This document shows positions 9,854 through 18,661 of a stretch of DNA of 30,111 nt, in pieces (position 1 is the first letter of the stretch; the number at the start of each line of letters is the position of its first letter). Position numbers and translations under genes: made by a program. Under the pieces are notes generated by a model. The model ran no database searches. It was not told the origin of the DNA and saw nothing but the letters and a program-made list of their open reading frames with translations. Source of the DNA: Pedosphaera sp. (GTDB lineage: Bacteria > Verrucomicrobiota > Verrucomicrobiia > Limisphaerales > SIBH01); contig JANOQV010000092.1 in the NCBI GenBank assembly GCA_031414955.1, forward strand, positions 1-30,111, read 5' to 3'.

Positions 9854-9893
9854 ATGTCGAACAAATGGCGCGCTCGTTACGTTGGCGTAACCT
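9854..9893 (-). promoter_or_regulatory. Pho-box-like array (four half-sites, 11-bp period) upstream of the TonB2-type operon
   Basis: Minus strand: agGTTAC-gcca-acGTAAC-gagc-gcGCCAT-ttgt-tcGACAT. Confidence 0.45.
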
Positions 9894-10006
9894 GTACCGG
9901 ACCTTGCGCCTCGAGATCGCGCCCGCGAGAAATCCCGAAGCAGCCCGGCGGGCGTGGAAATAATCGGCGTTGAACGAAAACGGCCAGGCCCGGAGCGGTG
10001 GCCGTT

Positions 10007-10858
10007 TCATGTCAGGTCGCGGACCACGGAGGCGTGTTCAGAAGGTCCGCTGACCGCACCGCGCCGGCGGCATTCGCTGGGGGTAAGACCGAAGCGCTTC
10101 TTGAACATCATGTTGAAGAAGCCCATGTGCCGATAGCCCACGGCCTGGGCGATGGAGGTGATCTTGTCGTCCGTCTCTTGCAGCAAACGGCGGGCTTTTT
10201 CCAGGCGCAATTCGGTCTGCCGGGCGCGCACCGAGGTCTGGTATTGCTTGCGGAACATGCGCCGAAAGTGCCGCAGACTGCACCCGCACATCTCCGCCAG
10301 CTTTTCCGCCGAGTAATGGATCAAATCCGCATCCGGAATGCGCGCGAGGATCTCCTCGAAGCGCAACAGGGTGGGCGGAGTCGTGGCCCGGGCGCGGGAA
10401 GCCGGCTCGGGCAGTGCCTCACCAAAAACCATGCCCACCAGATTTAAGAGGCGGCAGCGATAGGAAAAGTCCCGCCGTTTCCCCGGCTTGCCCGCCAGGC
10501 CGGCGAACTCCGAGGCGATCGGATCCGTCGCCGGCAGAATTCGCGACTGGAGCCGGGGCGCTCCCGTTTCGGCCGACAATCTTTCGGAGAAGGACATCAG
10601 ACCCATCAGATCCTGGGTCTGGAGGTGAAGGTAGTGCAATTCGGCCGGACCAATCTGGCTGACCCGCAGCACGCCATCCACCGACGGGCCAAGGATCAGC
10701 AATTCGTTCACGTTCAATTCCCGAACCTCGTCCCGCGCGATCCAGTAAAGAAATCCCTTGGTGACCAGAATCACCTTCCAGCCCGGGCCAGGCTCTTTCC
10801 ATTCCGAGCCGGCCACCAGCGTGGACTCTTGGAGAACTAAATGGGTCAGAACATTCAC
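10007..10858 (-). CDS. AraC-family transcriptional regulator
   Basis: C-terminal double HTH 'LAEMCGCSLRHFRRMFRK...RLEKARRLL...IAQAVGYRHMGFFNMMFKKRFGLTPSECR'. Confidence 0.93.
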   Translation of the reverse strand: MNVLTHLVLQESTLVAGSEWKEPGPGWKVILVTKGFLYWIARDEVRELNVNELLILGPSVDGVLRVSQIGPAELHYLHLQTQDLMGLMSFSERLSAETGAPRLQSRILPATDPIASEFAGLAGKPGKRRDFSYRCRLLNLVGMVFGEALPEPASRARATTPPTLLRFEEILARIPDADLIHYSAEKLAEMCGCSLRHFRRMFRKQYQTSVRARQTELRLEKARRLLQETDDKITSIAQAVGYRHMGFFNMMFKKRFGLTPSECRRRGAVSGPSEHASVVRDLT

Positions 10859-11021
10859 TCACCACCATGATTCCGCCGCGCTCGTGACAAATCGAAGACG
10901 GTGGAGCGACGAAGGCGTCAATAATGCGGCCGGGCTAGGTCCGCTCCCTGCCGCCCGGCCCTCGTCCGCGCGCCTGAAGCGCCATTCGGATTCAATCCGG
11001 CCGGAACCACCCGGCGCTGTT

Positions 11022-11834
11022 TCAGCGGATCAATTTCGGAAAAAACCGGTGCGCCGTGTCGCAGGTGGCGCGGCTCAATTCCTCCAGCGAACAACCCTTG
11101 GCCTGGGCCACGGCCTGCGCGATCTCTTTCACGTAAGCCGGCTCGCAGCGTTGGCCCCGGTAAGGAATCGGCGCGAGGAACGGACCGTCCGTCTCCAGCA
11201 TGAACTCGCCCAGCGGCACCGCCGTCGCCGCATCGCGCACGTTCTGCCCGTTCTTGAAGGTCACGATGCCGGTGAAGCTGACGATGGAACCGAGCGCGCG
11301 AATCCGGGCCAGCGCGTCGAGTGTGCCGGAGAAGCAATGAAACACGCCACGCACCCGGTCCGCGAAGGGCGTCATGAGCGCGAGGGTGTCGTCGAGCGTC
11401 TCCCCACGCTGGTGAACCACGCAATTGAGTTTCACTTCGGCGGCCACTTCGAGTTGTTGGCAGAAGATTTCGGCCTGCTTCTGCTTGAACCGGGTGTCGT
11501 CCTCGGCCGTGCCGCCCTTGGCGCTCGGCATCCGGTAGTAGTCCAGCCCGGTCTCGCCGATGGCCACGACCTTGGGATGCGCGGCCAGTTCGCGCAGCGT
11601 CGGGCGCAGATCGTCCGGCGCGGCCAGCGCATCAGAAGGATGCCAGCCCACCACGGCGAAAACTTCCGCGTGTTGTTCGGCGAGCATGATTGCCCGCCGG
11701 CTGCTCTCGAAGCAGGTGCCAATGGAGATGAGCCGCGTGATGCCCGCCGCGCGGGCGCGCGCCAGCACCTCGCCGAAGTCCGGCCCAAAGTCCGGAGAAT
11801 CGAGATGCGCGTGCGTGTCGTAGAAAGTCGCCAT
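11022..11834 (-). CDS. tatD: TatD-family metal-dependent hydrolase/DNase
   Basis: 'DTHAHL', 'GWHP', 'AIGETGLDYY', 'GVFHCFSG', 'LETDGPFLAP.PYRG'. Confidence 0.95.
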   Translation of the reverse strand: MATFYDTHAHLDSPDFGPDFGEVLARARAAGITRLISIGTCFESSRRAIMLAEQHAEVFAVVGWHPSDALAAPDDLRPTLRELAAHPKVVAIGETGLDYYRMPSAKGGTAEDDTRFKQKQAEIFCQQLEVAAEVKLNCVVHQRGETLDDTLALMTPFADRVRGVFHCFSGTLDALARIRALGSIVSFTGIVTFKNGQNVRDAATAVPLGEFMLETDGPFLAPIPYRGQRCEPAYVKEIAQAVAQAKGCSLEELSRATCDTAHRFFPKLIR

Positions 11835-11855
11835 GCGCGGGGAAGTTGACGGAAG

Positions 11856-11883
11856 GAATTACGATTGGCGATTTACGAATTAC
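11856..11883. repeat. Heptamer tandem repeat x4
   Basis: gaattac gattggc gatttac gaattac, just upstream of tatD. Confidence 0.6.
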
Positions 11884-11906
11884 AAACCGCGAAAATGATC
11901 ACGGCT

Positions 11907-12010
11907 GGTAGGGCGGCGGTGTCCTCACCGCGCCGCGCCACGAAGCGGACGAGAATGCTCGAACTTGCGTGAGCCTCACTCCGGCGCGCTGAGGACAGCG
12001 ACGCCCTACC
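11907..12010. repeat. GTAG-type REP doublet (REPIN-like)
   Basis: ggtagggcggcggtgtcctcaccgcgccg (11907-11935) and inverted cggcgcgctgaggacagcgacgccctacc (11982-12010), 26/29 complementary. Confidence 0.8.
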
Positions 12011-12029
12011 CTTCTCAGCATGGGTAGCT

Positions 12030-15000
12030 TCACGGCGCGGTCACGCGGGCGCGGAAGAACTTCTGCGCCGCATTGGTGACGTCGCTGATCGACACGCTGT
12101 TCGAGGTGGCGGGATACACGGGACGGTTCCCCGGCACATCGTGGAAGCTCCATTGGATCGGCGAGGTAAGGTTGGTCGCACTCTCAACGCGCACCGCCCG
12201 ATTGGCCGGATGGATGAATTGCAACACCCCGCCGCCATTGGTCGCGGTGATGCCGAGCGTCAGCGGCTCGATGGAATTCGTCCAGCCGCCCGCGAGGTCA
12301 TTCGTAATCCAGCGGCTCAAGAGCGCCATGGCCTGCGTATCGAGGATCGACGACGCCAGCGGCGGCATCTGGCTCGCGCCGCGCACGGAGATGCGCGAGA
12401 GGAGCATGGAGTTGGTGAGTGAACCGGGCGCAATGACGCGAGCGTCGGGGTTGCCGAAGTTGTTGTTGAGCGCGCCGTGAATCAGTCCGGCGTTGACGGT
12501 GGCGTTGGAAGGGTTGGCGTTCCAACTGCCGAGCGCGGCCCCGCCGGGCTGGTGGCAGGAGTTGCAGTTGGCCGCGAGGTAGGAACGCACGCGCCATTCC
12601 AGGCTGGCGGCCTCGTTGGTTGCTGCGGCCAGCGCACGGAGGGAATTGATCTCGGGCACGGCATTCGAGAACACACCGGCCGCTTTGAGAAACGCAATCT
12701 GGTTCGACACACCGCTGCTATAGCCGAAGTCCCGGTTCAACTGCACGGTGTTGAAGCCCAGCCCGAATCCGCCCACCGGCGTGTGGCAGACGTTGCATTC
12801 GGTCCGGCTGGGATAATGCCAGACTTGGGTGCGGGTGGTGCCGCCGTCGCTGATGGCGAAAGACTCGTCCAGGCCCTGCTCGGGTACCAGCGTGGCGTTG
12901 GTGAGAGAACTGCCCCAACGATAGGTCACGCCGTACACGCCGTTCGAGTTCCGCACCAGCAGGCGCGTCTCGATGCGCCGCGCGGAGGAGGCGACGCCAT
13001 TGGTCAGCTCCAAGTCGAAGTGCTTTACCCAGGCCGAGCCGGCCGGGAACGACCAGTTGCCCTCGGACCGGAATCCGATCTTCAAGTTGGTCGCGCTCAA
13101 AAACCAGCGGCTCTTGCGCGCATGGTCGCTCCAGAACGGCACATTGATGTCGTACGGCACGACGCCCGTGCTCGCGCCCAGCGCCTGCGTCTGATTGGTG
13201 AGCGAAGTGAGATTGGTGAACGCGCCGGTGTCGGCCAGGGTGGGCGGGATGGGCGCGCCGCTGGCGGAGTTGGTGTCGTAGATGAGTCGGTGAACGGTGC
13301 CGTTGTTGACGTTGGCCATGAGCACATCGCCGTTCGATGGATCAGGGCCGAAGGCTGAGATGCCACCCGTGCCCGCGATGCGCTGGAAGGGGATGGTGTT
13401 GGTGCCGTCGTGATAGAGCCGCCAGATGTTGCCGCTCGAATAATCGGCAAACACATACCAGCCGTAGAGCTGCGGGAAGCGCGCGCCCCGATAGACGATG
13501 CCGCCGGTCACGGAGTTCCCCTGGTTGAATCCCGAGCCGTGCTGATACTCCTGGATCGGATCGATGAGCGGGCCAATGACCGTGTTGGTGGCGCGGTAGC
13601 CGGGATGCGCGCCTTCGCGATAGGCCCAGCCGTAGTTGCTGCCCTTGGTCACGATGTCGATCTCCTCCCAAGTGCCTTGTCCGACATCGCCGCAGTAGAG
13701 CCAGCCCGTGCCCGGGTCGAAGGAAAAGCGCCACGGATTGCGAAAACCCACCGCGTAGAACTCGGTGTGGACCTGGTTCGAGTTGATGGTGCGACCATCG
13801 AAGTTGGTGAAGCCGATGTAGGGGTTGTCGAACGGGATGCGGTAATTGAACGCGCCCGTGTTGGTGTTGGCCGGGTGCGGATTCGGCAGAATGCTGCTGA
13901 CGCGGAACGGTTCATCGACATCGAGCCGCATGATGGCGGAGAAGAAATTCGAGGTGATGATCTGGCTGTTGCGGCTGCCGTCGTTCTGCACGCCACCGTC
14001 GCCGAGCGAGACGTAGAGAAGCCCATCCGGGCCGAAGTGGACATCGGCGCCGTTGTGATTGCTGGCCGGATCGGCCTGCGTGATGAGCGGCACCTGCGTG
14101 TTCGTGGACGCGGAGTTAGGATTCCCTGCGTCCGTCTGAAATCGAGCCAGTTGTTGATGCAAGGTGTTGCTGCCTTGGGTGGTGGAAGCGGTCGTGGAAT
14201 AGAAGACAAAGAAGGAGCGATTCGTGGCGTAGCCGGGATGAAAATCCAAACCAAGCAGGCCGGACTCGCCGCTGTCGAACACTTGCGCTGAGAGGTCCAT
14301 GAAGGTGGTCAGGTTCGGACTGGCCAGATTGGTGATGACGAGAATGGTGCCCGCCTTGTTGACGACGAAGAGCCGGTTGGTTTCGCCGGGCGGCGTGACG
14401 ATAGCCACGGGTGCGCCAAAGCTCAAACCGGGGAACCCATTCACCACGCTGTAGCCATAGACTGGCGGATAGAGCGGCAAGCGCAGCGGCGCGGGTGTGA
14501 GTTCCGAAGTGCTGGCGCTCAAGGCGCAGCCAAAGACGATGTCCGAGCTGCCCGCAGTCGTTTGATGGACTTCCACGGCCAGCACGTTGGTGCCGGTGAT
14601 GAGATTCGTCTCCACCAGCGGGCCGGAGAGCGTGGTGACTTCAATCGAGGTGGCATCGTGGCTCGTGGCCAGGTTGGTGTAAGTGATCGGCGCGGGTGCC
14701 GCCGGCAGGTAGATGCGATGAATTTCCCGCCCGTTCAGGTAGAAGACCGCGCCATCGTCAACCAGGTTGGAGAAGACCAAAGAAACGCCCGTGACACCGT
14801 TGGTGAAAACAAAACTGGTGCGGAAATAATAGGTCAGGCGGCCCAGGGTCAGGATGGTGTTCGTGCGGGCGATGGCGAAGGGATTGCCCGAGTCCTCGAC
14901 CGCCAGCGCCCCTCGACCGACGGGCAGCGCGGAGTCATCGAAGGACGGGGCGGTCCAGTTGGTGCCATCGTAGGAGACGGTCTGGTTGTAGCGCCACGAG

Positions 15001-15125
15001 TTGGTCAGCGTGAACAGGATCGTTTCCGCCGCGCTCGCGGAGAACGTCGCGAGCAACGTGAGTCCGAGCAAGAGCGGCCGGAGCGGGGTGAACCGGCGAA
15101 TTGAGGAGCGCATAAATGATTTCAT
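12030..15125 (-). CDS. Secreted multidomain protein: N-terminal beta-sandwich, glucose/sorbosone (PQQ-type) dehydrogenase propeller, diheme cytochrome c domain, short C-terminal domain
   Basis: Signal peptide after MKSFMRSSIRR; 'ESGLLGLDFHPGY', 'NHNGADVHFGPDGLLYVSLGDGG', 'GFRNPWRFSFD', 'GDVGQGTWEEID'; two CxxCH motifs (CNVCH, CNSCH). Confidence 0.88.
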   Translation of the reverse strand: MKSFMRSSIRRFTPLRPLLLGLTLLATFSASAAETILFTLTNSWRYNQTVSYDGTNWTAPSFDDSALPVGRGALAVEDSGNPFAIARTNTILTLGRLTYYFRTSFVFTNGVTGVSLVFSNLVDDGAVFYLNGREIHRIYLPAAPAPITYTNLATSHDATSIEVTTLSGPLVETNLITGTNVLAVEVHQTTAGSSDIVFGCALSASTSELTPAPLRLPLYPPVYGYSVVNGFPGLSFGAPVAIVTPPGETNRLFVVNKAGTILVITNLASPNLTTFMDLSAQVFDSGESGLLGLDFHPGYATNRSFFVFYSTTASTTQGSNTLHQQLARFQTDAGNPNSASTNTQVPLITQADPASNHNGADVHFGPDGLLYVSLGDGGVQNDGSRNSQIITSNFFSAIMRLDVDEPFRVSSILPNPHPANTNTGAFNYRIPFDNPYIGFTNFDGRTINSNQVHTEFYAVGFRNPWRFSFDPGTGWLYCGDVGQGTWEEIDIVTKGSNYGWAYREGAHPGYRATNTVIGPLIDPIQEYQHGSGFNQGNSVTGGIVYRGARFPQLYGWYVFADYSSGNIWRLYHDGTNTIPFQRIAGTGGISAFGPDPSNGDVLMANVNNGTVHRLIYDTNSASGAPIPPTLADTGAFTNLTSLTNQTQALGASTGVVPYDINVPFWSDHARKSRWFLSATNLKIGFRSEGNWSFPAGSAWVKHFDLELTNGVASSARRIETRLLVRNSNGVYGVTYRWGSSLTNATLVPEQGLDESFAISDGGTTRTQVWHYPSRTECNVCHTPVGGFGLGFNTVQLNRDFGYSSGVSNQIAFLKAAGVFSNAVPEINSLRALAAATNEAASLEWRVRSYLAANCNSCHQPGGAALGSWNANPSNATVNAGLIHGALNNNFGNPDARVIAPGSLTNSMLLSRISVRGASQMPPLASSILDTQAMALLSRWITNDLAGGWTNSIEPLTLGITATNGGGVLQFIHPANRAVRVESATNLTSPIQWSFHDVPGNRPVYPATSNSVSISDVTNAAQKFFRARVTAP

Positions 15126-15321
15126 GTCGTGTCGAAGCCCAACGGATCTTCCCAGAGTCAGAGTGATGACCATGGCCTGGACGTTTGAGCGCGCGCAGAC
15201 AGAAGCCCATTCCGCCCGAGAAAGCAAACGCCATAGCAGGCAGGAGACGGCCACGGGTGCGTCGGGCCGCTCGAAAATGCTTTGCTGTTCCCTGGGTGCG
15301 CGGATATGTCAGGCGGGCGAT

Positions 15322-16068
15322 ATGTTCCAAAGCATTGGCGAGATGGTGGTGTTGTTCCTGCGCACGTTGCAGGCGCTGCCTAAACTCTGGCGCCAGAAAC
15401 ACAAATTCTTCGACCAGCTCTTCGAGATCGGCAATGCCAGCCTGCTCATGGCCTGCGTCCTCTCGCTTTTTATCGGCGGCGTCATCGCCCTCCAGACCGG
15501 CCCTCTCCTCGCCAAGTACGGCCTCTCCACCTCCATCGGCGGCGGCGTGGGCATGGCCATGGCCAAAGAACTCGGCCCCTTGATGATGGCCATCCTCATC
15601 GCCGGCCGCATCGGCTCGGCCATGGCCGCGGAGATTGGCTCCATGCGCGTCTATCAGGAAATCGACGCGTTGCGCACCATGAACATCAATCCCATCCATT
15701 ACCTGGTCCTGCCCCGCATCACCGCCATCAGCGTCGCCCTGCCCATGCTGACCCTGTTCTCGATCCTGGTCGGCTGGTTCGGCGGGGCCATGGTGGCGGC
15801 GGCGAATGAAAAGATTGCGGTCAGCTACCAGACCTTTTTCTCCAACCTCCGGCTCACGGTCGATTTCGGCGATGTGGCGCACGGCCTGTTCAAAAGCTTC
15901 ATCTTCGCCCTGACCATCGGCGTCGTCTCCTGCGCGCAAGGCCTGCAAACCATCGGCGGCCCGCGCGGCATCGGTCGCTCCGTGACCAAGGCCGTGGTCA
16001 ACTCCATCGTGCTCATCCTGATCTTCGATTACTTCCTCACCCGCTTCCTCCTCTACTTCGAGCCGTGA
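15322..16068 (+). CDS. mlaE: MlaE-family lipid asymmetry ABC transporter permease
   Basis: 'KELGPLMMAILIAGRIGSAMAAEIGSMRVYQEIDALRTMNINPIHYLVLPR'. Start taken at MFQSIG. Confidence 0.93.
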   Translation: MFQSIGEMVVLFLRTLQALPKLWRQKHKFFDQLFEIGNASLLMACVLSLFIGGVIALQTGPLLAKYGLSTSIGGGVGMAMAKELGPLMMAILIAGRIGSAMAAEIGSMRVYQEIDALRTMNINPIHYLVLPRITAISVALPMLTLFSILVGWFGGAMVAAANEKIAVSYQTFFSNLRLTVDFGDVAHGLFKSFIFALTIGVVSCAQGLQTIGGPRGIGRSVTKAVVNSIVLILIFDYFLTRFLLYFEP

Positions 16069-16233
16069 TCGGGCCGCGCATCAGCTCGCGCTCTTGGGCC
16101 GGCCGGCCGGTGGCCAAACCATCGGGAGTCAATCGAGCCACTCCGGGCGCGGTGGGTGGTGGTTAAAGCGCGGCCGGATCGATTCCAGAAGGGCCGGCTT
16201 GCTTGCGCCCCAGGCCGACCGTGTTTCAGGTGA

Positions 16234-16410
16234 GAGCCGGTCTGAAAATTTGGAGGCGGAGTGCGCCCGTCCTCGGGCGCAGCCACATGATGACTTGGAG
16301 CGCGTCGGAAAATCCCATACCCGCTGATGTTCGCACCTTCCTGCGCCCGGGGACAGGCGCACTCCGGAGCTGGCAGCTTTCGCTGCACCAGTGACTTTTC
16401 AGACCGGCTC
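16234..16410. mobile_element. MITE-like element with 15-bp terminal inverted repeats, containing a GGAG-type REP doublet
   Basis: GAGCCGGTCTGAAAA ... TTTTCAGACCGGCTC flanked by TGA/TAA; inner inverted pair 16258-16282 and 16341-16365. Confidence 0.7.
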
Positions 16411-16416
16411 TAAGGC

Positions 16417-17622
16417 TTAAATCAGGTGCCCGAGCTTGGTTTTCTTTGTCTCCAGATACTTCTGGTTGTGCGGGTTCGCCGGCACGCGAATGGGCACCTG
16501 CTCCGTGATTTCCAGACCATAGCCTTCCAGCCCCACGATCTTCTTCGGATTGTTGGTCAGCAGGCGGATGGTTTTCAAACCCAGGTCCACGAGAATTTGC
16601 GCGCCCAGCCCGTATTCGCGCAGGTCCATCGGGTAGCCCAGCTTCAGATTCGCGTCCACCGTGTCGAAACCCTTCTCCTGCAATTTGTACGCCTGAATCT
16701 TCGCCCCCAGCCCGATGCCCCGGCCTTCCTGGCGCATGTAAACAATCACGCCCGCGCCCGTCTCGGCAATCTGCTTCATGGCCTGGTGCAACTGCGGGCC
16801 GCAATCACAGCGCCGCGAACCAAACACGTCCCCGGTCAGGCATTCGCTGTGGACACGCACGAGCACGTTCTTCTTCCCCGCCACTTCGCCCTTCACCAGT
16901 GCGAGGTGATTTTGCCCGTCCAGCGTCGAGCGATAGAGCGTGAGTTGAAAATTGCCATACTCCGTCGGCATCTGGATGGTTTCCACGCGCTCCACCAGGC
17001 GTTCCTTGGCCCGGCGGAACTTGATCAGCTCCTCGATGGTGCAAATCTTCAGCCGATGTTTGCGCGCGAATCGCAGCAGCTCCGGCAATCGCGCCATCTC
17101 GCCATCGTCGCGCATGATTTCGCAGATCACCCCGATGGGCCGGCAGCCGGCGAAGCGCACCAAATCCACCGCCGCCTCCGTGTGCCCGGCGCGTTGCAAC
17201 ACCCCGCCCGCCTTGGCCCGCAGCGGAAACACATGCCCCGGCTGCACCAGGTCCTCCGGCAAGGCCGTCGGATTCGCCATCACCTGGATGGTCCGGGCGC
17301 GATCCGCCGCGCTGATGCCGGATGAAATGCCCTGACTGGCGTCCACGCTCACCTGGAAGTCCGTCTTGAAACTCTCGCGGTTGCGCGAAACCATTTCCTC
17401 CACCCCGAGCTGCTTCAACCGCTCGCCCGTGGTCGGCACGCAGATCAGCCCGCGCCCGAAGCGCGCCATGAAGTTCACCGCCGCCGCCGTGACCTTCTCC
17501 GCCGCCATGATCAGATCGCCTTCATTCTCGCGATCCGCGTCATCGACCACGATGACCATGCGTCCGTCGCGCAAGTCGGCGATGACCGCGTCGATGGAAT
17601 CAAATGGCTGCTGTTTCTTCAT
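16417..17622 (-). CDS. ribBA: Bifunctional 3,4-dihydroxy-2-butanone-4-phosphate synthase / GTP cyclohydrolase II
   Basis: 'DDADRENEGD', 'RAGHTEA', 'RVHSECLTGDVFGSRRCDCG', 'QEGRGIGL', 'LLTNNPKK'. Confidence 0.97.
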   Translation of the reverse strand: MKKQQPFDSIDAVIADLRDGRMVIVVDDADRENEGDLIMAAEKVTAAAVNFMARFGRGLICVPTTGERLKQLGVEEMVSRNRESFKTDFQVSVDASQGISSGISAADRARTIQVMANPTALPEDLVQPGHVFPLRAKAGGVLQRAGHTEAAVDLVRFAGCRPIGVICEIMRDDGEMARLPELLRFARKHRLKICTIEELIKFRRAKERLVERVETIQMPTEYGNFQLTLYRSTLDGQNHLALVKGEVAGKKNVLVRVHSECLTGDVFGSRRCDCGPQLHQAMKQIAETGAGVIVYMRQEGRGIGLGAKIQAYKLQEKGFDTVDANLKLGYPMDLREYGLGAQILVDLGLKTIRLLTNNPKKIVGLEGYGLEITEQVPIRVPANPHNQKYLETKKTKLGHLI

Positions 17623-17629
17623 CCGGGCG

Positions 17630-17662
17630 CGGATGGTAAGGGTCGGCGGCGCGCGACGGCAA
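17630..17662 (-). promoter_or_regulatory. Putative sigma70 promoter of ribBA
   Basis: Minus strand TTGCCG-18nt-TACCAT, 10 nt before the ATG, with no Shine-Dalgarno. Confidence 0.4.
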
Positions 17663-17814
17663 AGCGGAATTCATGACGCGCCGCTTGCCGGGCGTTTCAT
17701 TTCAGCACCGACGGAGCACCCCGCCGCCCGGATTGGGCCGCCGCAACTTCAAGATGTGCCCCAGTTCTCTGGTTCTGCTGGATCCAGCCGGGGTGGCTTT
17801 CCCGATGTTCGGCG

Positions 17815-17843
17815 TTGAATGTTCGCGCCTCGCTTCCTATGGT
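17815..17843 (+). promoter_or_regulatory. Putative sigma70 promoter of frr
   Basis: TTGAAT-17nt-TATGGT, 10 nt before ATG 17854. Confidence 0.5.
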
Positions 17844-17853
17844 CTCGCCCACT

Positions 17854-18414
17854 ATGGCACTCGACGATATTTTGCTCGAAGCGGAGGAAAAGATGATCAA
17901 GACCGAGGAAGTCGTGCAGCACGAGTTCGGCGGCGTGCGCACCGGCAAGGCCTCGCCTTCGCTGGTCGAGAACATCATGGTCGAGGTCTACGGCACACAC
18001 TCGCGCATCCGCGAACTGGCCGGCATCACCACCCCGGAGGCGCGCATGCTGCTCATCCAGCCTTGGGATGTGAACACCACCGGACCGATCGAGAAGGCCA
18101 TCCAAAAGGCGAACCTCGGCTTTAACCCGACCGTGCAGGGAAAATTGATCCGTATCGTCCTGCCCGATCTCAGCACCGAACGCCGCCAGGAAATGGCCAA
18201 GATCGCACGCAAGATGTCGGAGGACGGCCGCGTCGCCATCCGCCATGTGCGCCGCGACGCCATGGAAGGCATCAAGAAGGAATCGAAGAACGGTGGCGTG
18301 TCCGAAGAGGACGTCGAGAACGCCGAGGCCGAAGTTCAGAAACTCACCGACCAATACATTGGCAAGATCGACGCCCATCTCGCCCACAAGGAAAAAGAAA
18401 TCCTGACCGTGTGA
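17854..18414 (+). CDS. frr: Ribosome recycling factor
   Basis: 'VRTGKASPSLVE', 'IQPWD', 'IEKAIQKANLGFNP', 'PDLSTERRQE', 'KEKEILTV'. Confidence 0.97.
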   Translation: MALDDILLEAEEKMIKTEEVVQHEFGGVRTGKASPSLVENIMVEVYGTHSRIRELAGITTPEARMLLIQPWDVNTTGPIEKAIQKANLGFNPTVQGKLIRIVLPDLSTERRQEMAKIARKMSEDGRVAIRHVRRDAMEGIKKESKNGGVSEEDVENAEAEVQKLTDQYIGKIDAHLAHKEKEILTV

Positions 18415-18547
18415 GGCGGGTGGTTCCGTGGTGACTTGGCTTGGAGGCGCGAGCGGTGTTGCCCTCGCCTGGCCCCTGCCTCGCTGGGGCAGGAGCACTT
18501 CCATTTGAGGAATGGGCCAAGTCCGCGCTGGTTTTTCTCCACCTCAG

Positions 18548-18640
18548 ACGCCGGATCGGGAACCGGCGCTTCATCATCAGTGACTGGCCGCGTCCCTCAG
18601 CGGCTCAACTTCTTTGCCTTCCCTCCGTGCTCGTGCGGCC
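18548..18640. repeat. Degenerate copy of the composite repeat at 27406-27497
   Basis: 54/70 identical without gaps over the first 70 nt by manual alignment. Confidence 0.7.
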
Positions 18641-18661
18641 CATGAATTCGGCGCAGTGAAG

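Noticed and set aside
16094..16212. Additional REP doublet downstream of mlaE
   Set aside because: Only weak complementarity between the putative arms in very GC-rich sequence.
17623..17814. FMN riboswitch upstream of ribBA
   Set aside because: No recognisable RFN motifs, and a promoter-like sequence lies immediately before the ATG.
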